The notes under the pieces are model-generated. The model had not been told where the DNA came from. It made no database searches and was given only the letters and a program-made list of their open reading frames with translations. The translations under genes and the position numbers were made by a program. Of a DNA stretch of 64,000 bases, positions 18,839-27,897 are shown piece after piece. Position 1 is the first letter of the stretch. Every line of letters starts with the position of its first letter. This DNA is from Patescibacteria group bacterium (GTDB taxonomy: Bacteria; Patescibacteriota; Patescibacteriia; 2-12-FULL-60-25), in contig JBMOLN010000007.1 of assembly GCA_049325475.1 (NCBI GenBank), positions 95,489-159,488 on the forward strand, read 5' to 3'.

Positions 18839-20455
18839 TCAAGGCGACCAGTGCAGGATGGTTCCGTTGTTGCCGACTATGTACACGTCATTTGGACCGC
18901 TGCTCCATCCGGCCCTCAAACCCGTGCCGGAAGGCAGAGAAATTTTTGACCAGACCGCGCCGTCGTAATGCCAGACGATTCCGCCGGAGTATGGCAGGGC
19001 GTACACATCATTCGGCCCAGAGCCCCAAACCGCACTGCCGGTGGCGTCGGTTTGCACCTCGGTCCAGTTATTGCCGTCATAGTGCAAAGGATGGCCTCCG
19101 CTCACCATCATCCACGCGTCGTTGTCGGCCGAACCCCAGACGGCTTTGCCCTTGGCTTGGAATGAGAGCTGCCAGCTGTAGCCGTTCCAGCGACCGATAT
19201 CATTGTTGTCCACCGTCCATACCGAGCTGTAGGAAGCGCCCCAAACTTTCCAGGTGCCCGAGCTGGCCCAACTGCCCATGTTCTTGGTCTGCCAGTTGCC
19301 GTTCTTTTGATGGCAGGCTTTGCCTTCGCCCTCATAGACTGCAATGACCTCATTTGAACTGAACACCCGGATGTCGCTGAAGTCGGGATGGTAGTCATCC
19401 GCGCAAGGTTCCTGACCGGTCCATGTCTGGCCATCCGTTGAATGCAGGAGTTTGTTGTCCGAGCACGCGGCCCAGATATTGCCGGCTCCCGAGCCGTGGA
19501 TGGCCGCAACATAGTAGTTGCCGCCCGCGTAAACCTGGCTCCAGGCCGCTCCGTTGTACCGAAAGATTTTGCCGTACTCGCCGCTTATGAAAACATTGTC
19601 CGGACCGGAACCCCAAACCGTGTAAAGGTCGTCGCTCGTGGGTGCGGACAAAATGGTAAACGGCGGACGGCAGATTCCGGCCGCACAGGTTTCCGGGTTC
19701 GTGCAAGCCGGGCCGTTTCCGCACTTGCATGCGCCTCCCGCGCACGTATCCGCGAGCTCGGCATTGCAAGCCAAGCAGACATGTCCCGAAGTCCCGCACT
19801 GATCAAGGCCAACCGCCGTGACGCAGACCGTTCCCTCACAGCAGCCATTTGGGCAATTGGTTGCATCGCAATGCGGCGGCTCGGGCATACATTCGTAGCT
19901 CTGGCCGCTCGCTTCGCAAACCGTGCCGGCCGTACACTCGGGGTCCACAATCTGCCACGCGCTTGCGCAATCGTTGCAGTCGCCGGCCAGCGCGCCGCAC
20001 AACATGGGCTGATTGCCCAAACATTTCACGTCGCCGTTGGCAGGACAATTCTGTGGTCCGCAGGTACAGCCCGCGTCCGCATTTTCCCCGGTCCCGGCAT
20101 CCTGATCAGGCGGGGTGGCGGCGGTATCGGCTTGCGCATCGATTTTGACGCCTGCGTCCTGTGGATCCTCCGCATCCGGTAACCCTGCGTCCTGTATCTT
20201 TTTGACGCATCCCGCAACTTTCCCGGTCATCTTACATTCTTCGTCGCTCGCGCATTTTTGAGATGCTTGCGAAACGCCGATGCAGTAAACGTATTCATGA
20301 GGAGTTACGCAGTGTTCTATAACCGGACACATGCTTGCCGCGCCTTCGGGCTCGAAACCGCCGGGTTCGCTGGCGCATGCGTACAGAATCAAGACGAACA
20401 CGCTTGCCCCGATCAACCATGAAGCATTGGTGGGAGTGAGGCTCCGACTGTACAT
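18839..20455 (-). CDS. secreted Cys-rich protein with C-terminal 7-bladed beta-propeller-like repeats (G+C-rich gene)
   Basis: Signal-like N-terminus, a long Cys-rich region, then about 7 repeats of WGSGPNDVY..G..G.I.HYDG..W. Confidence 0.8.
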   Translation of the reverse strand: MYSRSLTPTNASWLIGASVFVLILYACASEPGGFEPEGAASMCPVIEHCVTPHEYVYCIGVSQASQKCASDEECKMTGKVAGCVKKIQDAGLPDAEDPQDAGVKIDAQADTAATPPDQDAGTGENADAGCTCGPQNCPANGDVKCLGNQPMLCGALAGDCNDCASAWQIVDPECTAGTVCEASGQSYECMPEPPHCDATNCPNGCCEGTVCVTAVGLDQCGTSGHVCLACNAELADTCAGGACKCGNGPACTNPETCAAGICRPPFTILSAPTSDDLYTVWGSGPDNVFISGEYGKIFRYNGAAWSQVYAGGNYYVAAIHGSGAGNIWAACSDNKLLHSTDGQTWTGQEPCADDYHPDFSDIRVFSSNEVIAVYEGEGKACHQKNGNWQTKNMGSWASSGTWKVWGASYSSVWTVDNNDIGRWNGYSWQLSFQAKGKAVWGSADNDAWMMVSGGHPLHYDGNNWTEVQTDATGSAVWGSGPNDVYALPYSGGIVWHYDGAVWSKISLPSGTGLRAGWSSGPNDVYIVGNNGTILHWSP

Positions 20456-20468
20456 GCTTGCCTCCTTT

Positions 20469-21176
20469 CTAGAGCAGCAGCGAATAGGCGCAGTCGCCGT
20501 TGGGGCCGGTCATCTTCACCTCGCTCTGGCAGTAACGCAGCTGGGTTTCGTAATTGTAGTACTGCTCGCTGTTATCTAGGCAATCAATCATCCAGATCGT
20601 GCTTGCCTGAACGCAGCAAAGTGCGGCGCACAAGCCTTCGCCCGAAGTGAAACCGTCATGGTTCTTGCCCGCCTCGTTCATGCAATTCGCTCCTTGAGAT
20701 GCGGACCATGCAGTGCAGGCCGAAACCTCCACCGGATTGGGCATGATGGCGGCAATGGAATCCAGCAAGCCCAGTACAGACATGAACTGGCTCAAGCCCT
20801 TGCTCAAGTTGCCCACCAAGGCGCCGATCGCGCCAACCACGTCGTTGATGTTTTCGCTATCCATGACGTAATCGTACGTTTGCATGACTTGATCCTCCGC
20901 ATCCGGCGGGATCACATAGCCGTTGCGCTTCAGATCATCCATGTTGACGACCGCGTAAAGGACCAAGGCCAGATCCTCCCGACAGACCTCGGAGACCGGG
21001 ACCTTGTGCAGACGCGCCCGTTCCACCTCGAAGTAACTTGTTTTGACCCGGTTTTGCAGTTCGATGTACGGGGCCGCATGGTCAGGCTCGTCCTTCCGTT
21101 CAACCGTGCATCCCGCCATCTGCGAAACGCCGATCATAATTGCCACCGCGATTCCGAACAGGTATTGCTTCTTCAT
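20469..21176 (-). CDS. lipoprotein, hypothetical (G+C-rich gene)
   Basis: Lipobox SQMAGC. 235 aa, 13 nt upstream of the propeller gene, with the same elevated G+C. Confidence 0.75.
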   Translation of the reverse strand: MKKQYLFGIAVAIMIGVSQMAGCTVERKDEPDHAAPYIELQNRVKTSYFEVERARLHKVPVSEVCREDLALVLYAVVNMDDLKRNGYVIPPDAEDQVMQTYDYVMDSENINDVVGAIGALVGNLSKGLSQFMSVLGLLDSIAAIMPNPVEVSACTAWSASQGANCMNEAGKNHDGFTSGEGLCAALCCVQASTIWMIDCLDNSEQYYNYETQLRYCQSEVKMTGPNGDCAYSLLL

Positions 21177-21326
21177 TCTGAGTTCTCCTTTTTTTCAAGG
21201 TTCATTTACTTAATAAATATCAATCTTCTTGTTTTTCGTAAATTCATTCATCAACAAATTCGATACTAATGTGTAAAATGCTTGATATCTTAACAAAAAT
21301 ATGATATAAAAAAAATATATCTTTTT

Positions 21327-22073
21327 ATGTCTATTCTCATCCCTCAGCATATCAGCGATGAATTGCGAAAACTTGGGTTGCAAAAATCCGAGATCACGAT
21401 TTATTTGTTTTTACTGCAAAACGGACTCTCTGGACCGCCCGAAATTTCCCGCGCAACCGGAATCGCGAGGCCTAATTGTTATACAACCTTGCAATCATTA
21501 AAGGCGAGTAATTTTATTGAAGAACGGCGTTATGGTAAGCGGAAAAAATATTCACCGAAAAATCCGGATAACATTCTTAATTTTATTGAATCCAAAAAAC
21601 AAATCTTAAACAGTCTGCTGCCGGATCTAAATGCCATGCATGCCTCAAAATCCGGTAAACCGTCAGTAATATTTTATGAAGGTTTCGAGGAGATCAAACA
21701 GTTATACAATCAAACGCTTGAAGCCGAAGTTGCCTATGGCCTGGCTTCTACGAATAAACTTTTTAAACAAAATCCTGATTTTTTTGCTGATCATCTAAAA
21801 AGATGCAAAGCTAGGAATATGATTTTTTATGATATCTTGACACAAGATTCCAAAAAAGAAGCACTGGAAATCAATAAACCCATCTTAAAAGGGCTCTATC
21901 AAATGAAATTTTTACCCAAAGATATTTCGTTATCGGCGGATATTTTAATTTGGAACGACAAGATCTCGCTCTATTCGTTCGAGAAGGATGTTACGGCCAT
22001 GGTTATCAAAAATCAACAACTCGCTGATGCTCTCAAAATAATTTATAAACTCGCTTGGGATCAACTTAATTAA
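21327..22073 (+). CDS. TrmB-family transcriptional regulator
   Basis: N-terminal winged helix LGLQKSEITIYLFLLQNGLSGPPEISRATGIARPNCYTTLQSL. Divergent from the G+C-rich island. Confidence 0.7.
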   Translation: MSILIPQHISDELRKLGLQKSEITIYLFLLQNGLSGPPEISRATGIARPNCYTTLQSLKASNFIEERRYGKRKKYSPKNPDNILNFIESKKQILNSLLPDLNAMHASKSGKPSVIFYEGFEEIKQLYNQTLEAEVAYGLASTNKLFKQNPDFFADHLKRCKARNMIFYDILTQDSKKEALEINKPILKGLYQMKFLPKDISLSADILIWNDKISLYSFEKDVTAMVIKNQQLADALKIIYKLAWDQLN

Positions 22074-22113
22074 TGTCCAATAACCAATGACAAATAGCCG
22101 GAGTTTATTATTT

Positions 22114-22473
22114 TTAAGTTTCACTTAAATTCTTAATAAAACCGGCAATCATCTTTGAAATTTCAATTAATCTGTTTGATAGCCCATCAAAATCATCTGG
22201 AGAGATATAGTTCAACATAACCGCAAGATGCAGCATTGATCTTACTTCACCGCACGAGCCCTTGGCGATATTCAAATAATTTATAAATGCATTTGTTGTA
22301 CCCCCCTCATAGCCTTCCGCAATATTATTCATAACAGAAACCGCAGCACGTTGTATTTGATCTCTGAAAGAATAATCCTTGCAATCTTTAAATACTGCAT
22401 AAATTTCATAAGTTAAAGCCTTTGATTCCTGCCAGATCTTCATGTCCTCAAACTCAATGAACCTCATTACCAT
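22114..22473 (-). CDS. four-helix-bundle protein (23S rRNA IVS / Avd-like family)
   Basis: FRDQIQRAAVSVMNNIAEGYEG and KGSCGEV motifs characteristic of the TIGR02436-type family. Confidence 0.85.
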   Translation of the reverse strand: MVMRFIEFEDMKIWQESKALTYEIYAVFKDCKDYSFRDQIQRAAVSVMNNIAEGYEGGTTNAFINYLNIAKGSCGEVRSMLHLAVMLNYISPDDFDGLSNRLIEISKMIAGFIKNLSET

Positions 22474-22510
22474 ATTTAACTAAAATATTTAATGCAACTC
22501 TTGTTATTTG

Positions 22511-23053
22511 CTATTTGCTATTGTCTATTAATGAAGCAAACCTCTCCCTCAACTTACTAAGTTTCGGAATAATTATGGCCTGACAATATGCTTTGTCGGG
22601 ATTTTTTTTATAATAATCTTTATGATAATCCTCAGCTTCATAAAAATCCGCCAAAGGTTCCACCGCAGTCACAATCGGATTATCAAATAAATTTTGCTCT
22701 TCCAAATCCTTGATAAATGCTTCGGACTTTTGCTTCTGATCTTCATCAGTACACAAAATGATAGACCGGTATTGCTCGCCAACATCATTGCCTTGACGAT
22801 TTATTGTTGTCGGATCATGCATTGCAAAAAATACACTCAGCAAATCCTCGAAAGAGATAACTTGCGGATCATATTCCACCCTGACAACCTCCGCATGTCC
22901 CGTATCTCCACCACAAACCTGCTCATAACTTGGATTTGCAACAGTTCCGCCCGCATATCCGGGAGTCACAGCAACAACTCCTCGTAACTGTTTAAACACA
23001 GCCTCGCTGCACCAAAAACAACCCGAACCAAAAACGACTATTTTATTTTTCAT
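22511..23053 (-). CDS. msrA: peptide-methionine (S)-S-oxide reductase
   Basis: GSGCFWCSEAVF active-site motif and GHAEVV. 180 aa. Confidence 0.9.
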   Translation of the reverse strand: MKNKIVVFGSGCFWCSEAVFKQLRGVVAVTPGYAGGTVANPSYEQVCGGDTGHAEVVRVEYDPQVISFEDLLSVFFAMHDPTTINRQGNDVGEQYRSIILCTDEDQKQKSEAFIKDLEEQNLFDNPIVTAVEPLADFYEAEDYHKDYYKKNPDKAYCQAIIIPKLSKLRERFASLIDNSK

Positions 23054-23124
23054 ACTGAATTTACTTTAAACTGACAACCATCAACTAACAAGAGTCAAAT
23101 AATATCGCGAAGCGATACCAACAT

Positions 23125-23152
23125 TGTTAATTCTTAATTCTTAATTCTTAAT
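23125..23152. repeat. heptanucleotide array (TGTTAAT, then TCTTAAT x3)
   Basis: Read directly from the sequence, between the msrA start and the permease stop. Confidence 0.85.
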
Positions 23153-23161
23153 TTAGGGGCG

Positions 23162-24370
23162 TCATTCGCTCCTAAGCGCATCCACCGGATCCAAGCGGCT
23201 CGCCTTCCACGCCGGATACATGCCAAAAAATATTCCCACAAACACCGAAAATAAAAATCCAATCAACGATCCCGTCAAAGATGCCGCAACAGTCAAAACT
23301 CCAAAATGATTAATAATGGGTACAGCCGCCATGGCCAAACCGATTCCCAAGATACCTCCAATCATTGATAAAGATACTGCCTCTGCTAAAAACTGAAATA
23401 AAATATTAGCACGCTTGGCTCCGATTGCTTTGGAAATACCGATCTCTTTGGTTCGTTCTGCGACCGAGACAAGCATGACATTCATAATACCAATACCAGA
23501 AACCAATAAAACGATTGCCGCAACCGATGTTAGCAGCATAGCCATAATATTTGCCGATTCTTGTGCAGCTCCCACCATACTTCCCGCATCCATCAACCTG
23601 AAATCATCATCTTGCGTTTCTTTTAATTTATGTTCCTCACGTAAAATCGCTGCAATCTCTTCCATAGCCGCATCAACATGATCCGGGGAATCCGCCAAAA
23701 CCATGAGGCGCAACCCGGCCCGCGATCCTAAAAGGGATTTGCTGGCAGTTTCATAAGGTGAAAACACGGCATCATCAAAGCTCATCATGGGCATATTTGC
23801 CCCATTCTCTGAAAGAATACCGATAACCTCAACTTTTCTGTTCGCCACGGAAATAATCTGTCCTAGTCCGGCCGCAACATCATCACCAAATAATTGCACG
23901 GCTGCTCCATGGCCCAAAACAACAACTTTACCGCGTGCTGCATTTTCCTCTTCCGTAAAAATTCTGCCGGACTGCAAAACCAAATTTGTAATATTAAAAA
24001 AACTGGCATTTGTTCCATAAATACTCAAACTTGCATCCGTGGATCCGTAAGATACCGTACCATTGCCCTGCTTCATAGCCGCAGCTTGAGAAATATACTG
24101 CCCCTTCTGTAATATTACCGCTACATCCTCTTGCGACAATTTGGACGAAGCTGTCATAGCCCCGGGTCTGCCGCGGCTGTCCATGACAAAAATCGAAGTC
24201 ACGCTTAAATTTTTAAATTGATTGGCAATGCTCTGTTTAGCCGCCTCACCAATGCCAAAAACCACTATAACCGTTGATACGCCGATAATAATTCCCAGCA
24301 TAGACAAAGCCGTCCGTGCTTTATTGGACTTTAATGCATCTACCGCCATTACATATAAATCACCTATCAT
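23162..24370 (-). CDS. ABC transporter permease (MacB/FtsX-like)
   Basis: N-terminal TM, large extracytoplasmic domain and a C-terminal FtsX-type 3-TM bundle. Overlaps the ATPase stop by 4 nt. Confidence 0.85.
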   Translation of the reverse strand: MIGDLYVMAVDALKSNKARTALSMLGIIIGVSTVIVVFGIGEAAKQSIANQFKNLSVTSIFVMDSRGRPGAMTASSKLSQEDVAVILQKGQYISQAAAMKQGNGTVSYGSTDASLSIYGTNASFFNITNLVLQSGRIFTEEENAARGKVVVLGHGAAVQLFGDDVAAGLGQIISVANRKVEVIGILSENGANMPMMSFDDAVFSPYETASKSLLGSRAGLRLMVLADSPDHVDAAMEEIAAILREEHKLKETQDDDFRLMDAGSMVGAAQESANIMAMLLTSVAAIVLLVSGIGIMNVMLVSVAERTKEIGISKAIGAKRANILFQFLAEAVSLSMIGGILGIGLAMAAVPIINHFGVLTVAASLTGSLIGFLFSVFVGIFFGMYPAWKASRLDPVDALRSE

Positions 24371-25065
24371 ACTCTATAATTATCATCGGTTACTACACCG
24401 TCACGCAAATAAATAACTCTGTCTGCATAACGCGCAATATTATTCTCATGCGTCACCATCACAATGGTTCTGCCTTGCTTTTTTAAATCCAAAAATATTT
24501 CCATCAAATCCTTACTGGATTGCGTATCCAGTGCGCCAGTTGGCTCGTCCGCCAAAAGCAGCGTCGGATCATTCATTAGCGATCTGGCAATAGCTACTCT
24601 TTGCTGCTGCCCGCCCGAAAGCTCTGTTGGCTTATGATGCATCCTGTCTCCCAAACCCAAATCCGTTAATAAACTCCTCGCTTTTGTTAATCTTTGCGCT
24701 CTTGGCATACCCCCATAAAGTGCCGGCATGGCCACATTTTTTAATGCTGTGTATTTGGAGAACAAATTAAACTGCTGAAAGATAAAACCGATTTTTTTAT
24801 TGCGGATAAAAGCCAAAGTATAATCATCTCTTACCTTGCCGATATTTTCACCAAAAAAATAATACTCTCCTTCGGACAACGGATGAAGGCAGCCTATGAT
24901 ATTTAATAGAGTAGACTTACCTCCCCCCGACGAACCCATAATAGCCACAAACTCTCCATTTTCAATTTTAAGATCAATACCGCGCAAAACCGGCACTTCA
25001 TCGCCATTGGATAAAAAATAAGATTTCTTAACCCCTTTCAACTCAATTGCCGAAGCTTTGCTCAT
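24367..25065 (-). CDS. ABC transporter ATP-binding protein (MacB/LolD-like)
   Basis: Walker A GSSGGGKST, LSGGQQQRVAIARS, Walker B LLLADEPTGALD. Confidence 0.9.
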   Translation of the reverse strand: MSKASAIELKGVKKSYFLSNGDEVPVLRGIDLKIENGEFVAIMGSSGGGKSTLLNIIGCLHPLSEGEYYFFGENIGKVRDDYTLAFIRNKKIGFIFQQFNLFSKYTALKNVAMPALYGGMPRAQRLTKARSLLTDLGLGDRMHHKPTELSGGQQQRVAIARSLMNDPTLLLADEPTGALDTQSSKDLMEIFLDLKKQGRTIVMVTHENNIARYADRVIYLRDGVVTDDNYRV

Positions 25066-27050
25066 AGCCTGATAAACATTTGGCCTCCGCCCGAAGGGCC
25101 GCCGGATGAATTCGAGCCTGATCCGGTTCTGCTTGCACCGCTTCCCGATCCTGACGCCACAGTTCCGGAAACATACAAAACTTTATCGCCTTCTTTAAGG
25201 CCGCTGATAATTTCCACCACCTTGCCATCAGTAAATCCGGTTACAACCGGCGTCCATTCGCCGCTTTCCATCTGCACCGAAGGTTTGCCATTTACGTTTT
25301 TAACCGCGGATACCGGAGTTACCAATACATCGTTACTCTCCGCAACAGCAAATTCCACAAAGGCCGTCATACCCTCGCGGATGCCCTCCGTGCCATCCGA
25401 TTGCAGTAAAACCTTAACCGGATAACTTGTAATACCATTTGAGTTTTGTTGTGATATAACGGAAACAAAACTCACAGAACCTTCAACCTGCACATCCTCG
25501 AGTGCATCAAAAGTCACATATGCTTTTTGTCCTACTGAAATTTTATTTATATCCGCTTCTTCAATACTTACCTCAATAAACAGAGTATCTTTATTCAAAA
25601 TCTGCACAAAAGCCCCGGATTCATCTTTGGAAATCAAATCTCCTTGTTTGCCGTTAACCTCAACAACCTCGCCGTTAATCGGTGATTTTAAGGTCGCTTG
25701 GTCAATATTATACATAACCCTGTCCAAACTGATCTTGGCGTTTTCCACGGATATTCTTGAGCTGGTCAAATCAACTTCTTTTGGCGGTTCCATCAAAGCA
25801 TCATAATTCAATTTCGCCTGTTCCAAAGAAATTTCTTTTAAACGCAAATTCGCATCCAATGTTGCCAGATCCTGCTCGGCCTTCTTTTTTGCAGCTTCCA
25901 AATCAGCCACGGCTTTTTCATAATTTATCTCGTAATTAGCCAAATTATTTTGCGCTGAAATTATACTTTGTCTGGACGATGAGATAGAAGACAAACTGCT
26001 AGCTATGGACGATCTCATGGAAGAAACCGACGATTTCAAAGAATCCAATTCGCTTTGTGTAAAATCAGCCGACGTCATGGAATAATCCAAAACTCTTTGC
26101 AAATCCAAATAATGAGCCTGCAAGGCTTCCAATGCCGTTTTAGCTGTGTCTGCCGCCGATTGTATGCTTTCATGAGAGCTATCCGCTGAAAGTCCGATCA
26201 TAACGGAATCCAGAATATTTTTTTGCGTTTTGGACAAATTATAACTAATCTCAGCCGCAGTATATGAACCCGAATTCAAAACCCCGATATACGGTTTGTA
26301 TTCCAAGGCGCCAACCTCATCATCAACTCCCAAAATATCATCGGATTTTGAGAGGGCGTTGCCGATGGTAATAGCCACTGATTGTACCGTATTAAACAAG
26401 CCCTCATAAGCATTTTGCACAATCTGACTTGTATCTGCATTCTGATTCAATTGTAAATTCAGCTTAGCGGTTTCCACGCTTCTCTCTGCATTGGCAATAT
26501 TTTGCTCTGCCGTTGCCCTGGATTGTTCATTGGAAATCTTTATTTGCTCCAAAGCAATCTCCGCCTGCTCAATGGAAGCTTTAGCCTGCGCTATCTCCTG
26601 GTCTGTTGGCGGCTGCAGCTTTAATTCTAAATTATTCAAAGCCGATTTATAAGAATTTTGCGCGCTGCGCAAATCAAATTGGTTGGACGCCGTATCCATT
26701 GTCGCAATCTTATCTCCCTGCTTGATTTGTTGCCCTTCTTTTATATAAAGATTGTTAATCGTGACACCGGTCACAGGATATGAGAGCGCAACCATATCAT
26801 CAGCGGTTACTTTGCCGTCAGCTTCGATGGCAACCCGGACATCATCGCGTTTTACGGTCCAAACTTCTTGCTTAGCCTGTGCAACCTGCGTTGAACTGTC
26901 CTTTCTTATACCAAAATACCAAACCGCAACAGATATTACAGACAATAAAACCAGTGCTGATAAAATCTTTTTCAACCCCCAACCCCCTGTAAAAACTCTT
27001 GTCACTTTGGACTTTCTACTTTCCTCTAGTATCGATTTTTCATCAGACAT
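25062..27050 (-). CDS. HlyD/MacA-family periplasmic adaptor with extended coiled coil
   Basis: N-terminal TM, lipoyl-like GDKIATMD, a very long coiled-coil region, a beta-barrel end and a Ser/Gly-rich tail. Confidence 0.8.
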   Translation of the reverse strand: MSDEKSILEESRKSKVTRVFTGGWGLKKILSALVLLSVISVAVWYFGIRKDSSTQVAQAKQEVWTVKRDDVRVAIEADGKVTADDMVALSYPVTGVTINNLYIKEGQQIKQGDKIATMDTASNQFDLRSAQNSYKSALNNLELKLQPPTDQEIAQAKASIEQAEIALEQIKISNEQSRATAEQNIANAERSVETAKLNLQLNQNADTSQIVQNAYEGLFNTVQSVAITIGNALSKSDDILGVDDEVGALEYKPYIGVLNSGSYTAAEISYNLSKTQKNILDSVMIGLSADSSHESIQSAADTAKTALEALQAHYLDLQRVLDYSMTSADFTQSELDSLKSSVSSMRSSIASSLSSISSSRQSIISAQNNLANYEINYEKAVADLEAAKKKAEQDLATLDANLRLKEISLEQAKLNYDALMEPPKEVDLTSSRISVENAKISLDRVMYNIDQATLKSPINGEVVEVNGKQGDLISKDESGAFVQILNKDTLFIEVSIEEADINKISVGQKAYVTFDALEDVQVEGSVSFVSVISQQNSNGITSYPVKVLLQSDGTEGIREGMTAFVEFAVAESNDVLVTPVSAVKNVNGKPSVQMESGEWTPVVTGFTDGKVVEIISGLKEGDKVLYVSGTVASGSGSGASRTGSGSNSSGGPSGGGQMFIRL

Positions 27051-27051
27051 A

Positions 27052-27750
27052 TTAATTTTGCGCTTGTGAATTTCCTCCGTTATTCATCCTCCTCATCCCT
27101 CCGCCCATAAGCGAAACGAATTCCGCGACTTTCTTATCCTGAACTTCCTGGTTCAGCCAAACGGTTATCATACTGTCTTTTTCAATATCCGAAAAAGACA
27201 ATTGATTACCGGCACCCGGTTCACCTCCCGGCCTGAATCCGCCTATTATCGGAATCCCGACAGGTATTGTAATAGTTTCCGATCCGATGCTTCTTTCTTT
27301 CAACTGTTTAATCATTTCTTTACGCGCTTCTTCCATGGCCGTTCTGTCAAAAGCCTGTCCGTCTTGCCCTTGTCCGCGAAATCCTCCGCCCATTCCCGGA
27401 CCGCCCATCATCCTGCCTCCGCCGGTGCCGCCGTTCGCTCCCAAAGCCTGCGTTGGATTAAAACCCGATCCTTGTCTTTGATTCTGATTGGCATCGCCTT
27501 GTGCATCTCCCGTTCCATCAGGTCTTGCTTGGCGCATCGGCATATCCTCTTCATTAAATAATAAAATAGTCATCTGGTTGCCAACCATATTGCTCACCAT
27601 ACCCATCATATCCGGCTCCCTTTCCGGCCTCTGCACCATCAAAACCTCGTCTTGCGGCAAGTTCTGCGTCGCCTCTGCTTCCGCGCTTCCGCACCCTGGC
27701 AATAAAAAAACGCTTAACAAAGCGGTTGCAACAAAAAACTTATTATTCAT
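27052..27750 (-). CDS. Gly/Met-rich lipoprotein, hypothetical
   Basis: Lipobox LLPGCGS and a GGxGMGGG low-complexity centre. First gene of the efflux operon, 1 nt from the adaptor start. Confidence 0.6.
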   Translation of the reverse strand: MNNKFFVATALLSVFLLPGCGSAEAEATQNLPQDEVLMVQRPEREPDMMGMVSNMVGNQMTILLFNEEDMPMRQARPDGTGDAQGDANQNQRQGSGFNPTQALGANGGTGGGRMMGGPGMGGGFRGQGQDGQAFDRTAMEEARKEMIKQLKERSIGSETITIPVGIPIIGGFRPGGEPGAGNQLSFSDIEKDSMITVWLNQEVQDKKVAEFVSLMGGGMRRMNNGGNSQAQN

Positions 27751-27897
27751 AGATATTTCTTGCCTATTTATACGCAAAAAACTTATTCTTCTTTCACAAC
27801 TCTGTCAAGAGCAGACGCTAGACGCTGGACTCTGGACACTAAACTAAAGTACTCAATGCTCCGTGCTCCGTGCTCCGCGCTTGAATCCTCCGAAGCT

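Noticed and set aside
19442-20182. 246-aa and other long ORFs antisense to the G+C-rich genes (also 2713-3705 and 20658-21269)
   Set aside because: These are typical stop-poor shadow frames of high-G+C coding sequence. The translations are Arg/Ala/Gly-rich nonsense. The sense-strand proteins have signal peptides and repeat structure.
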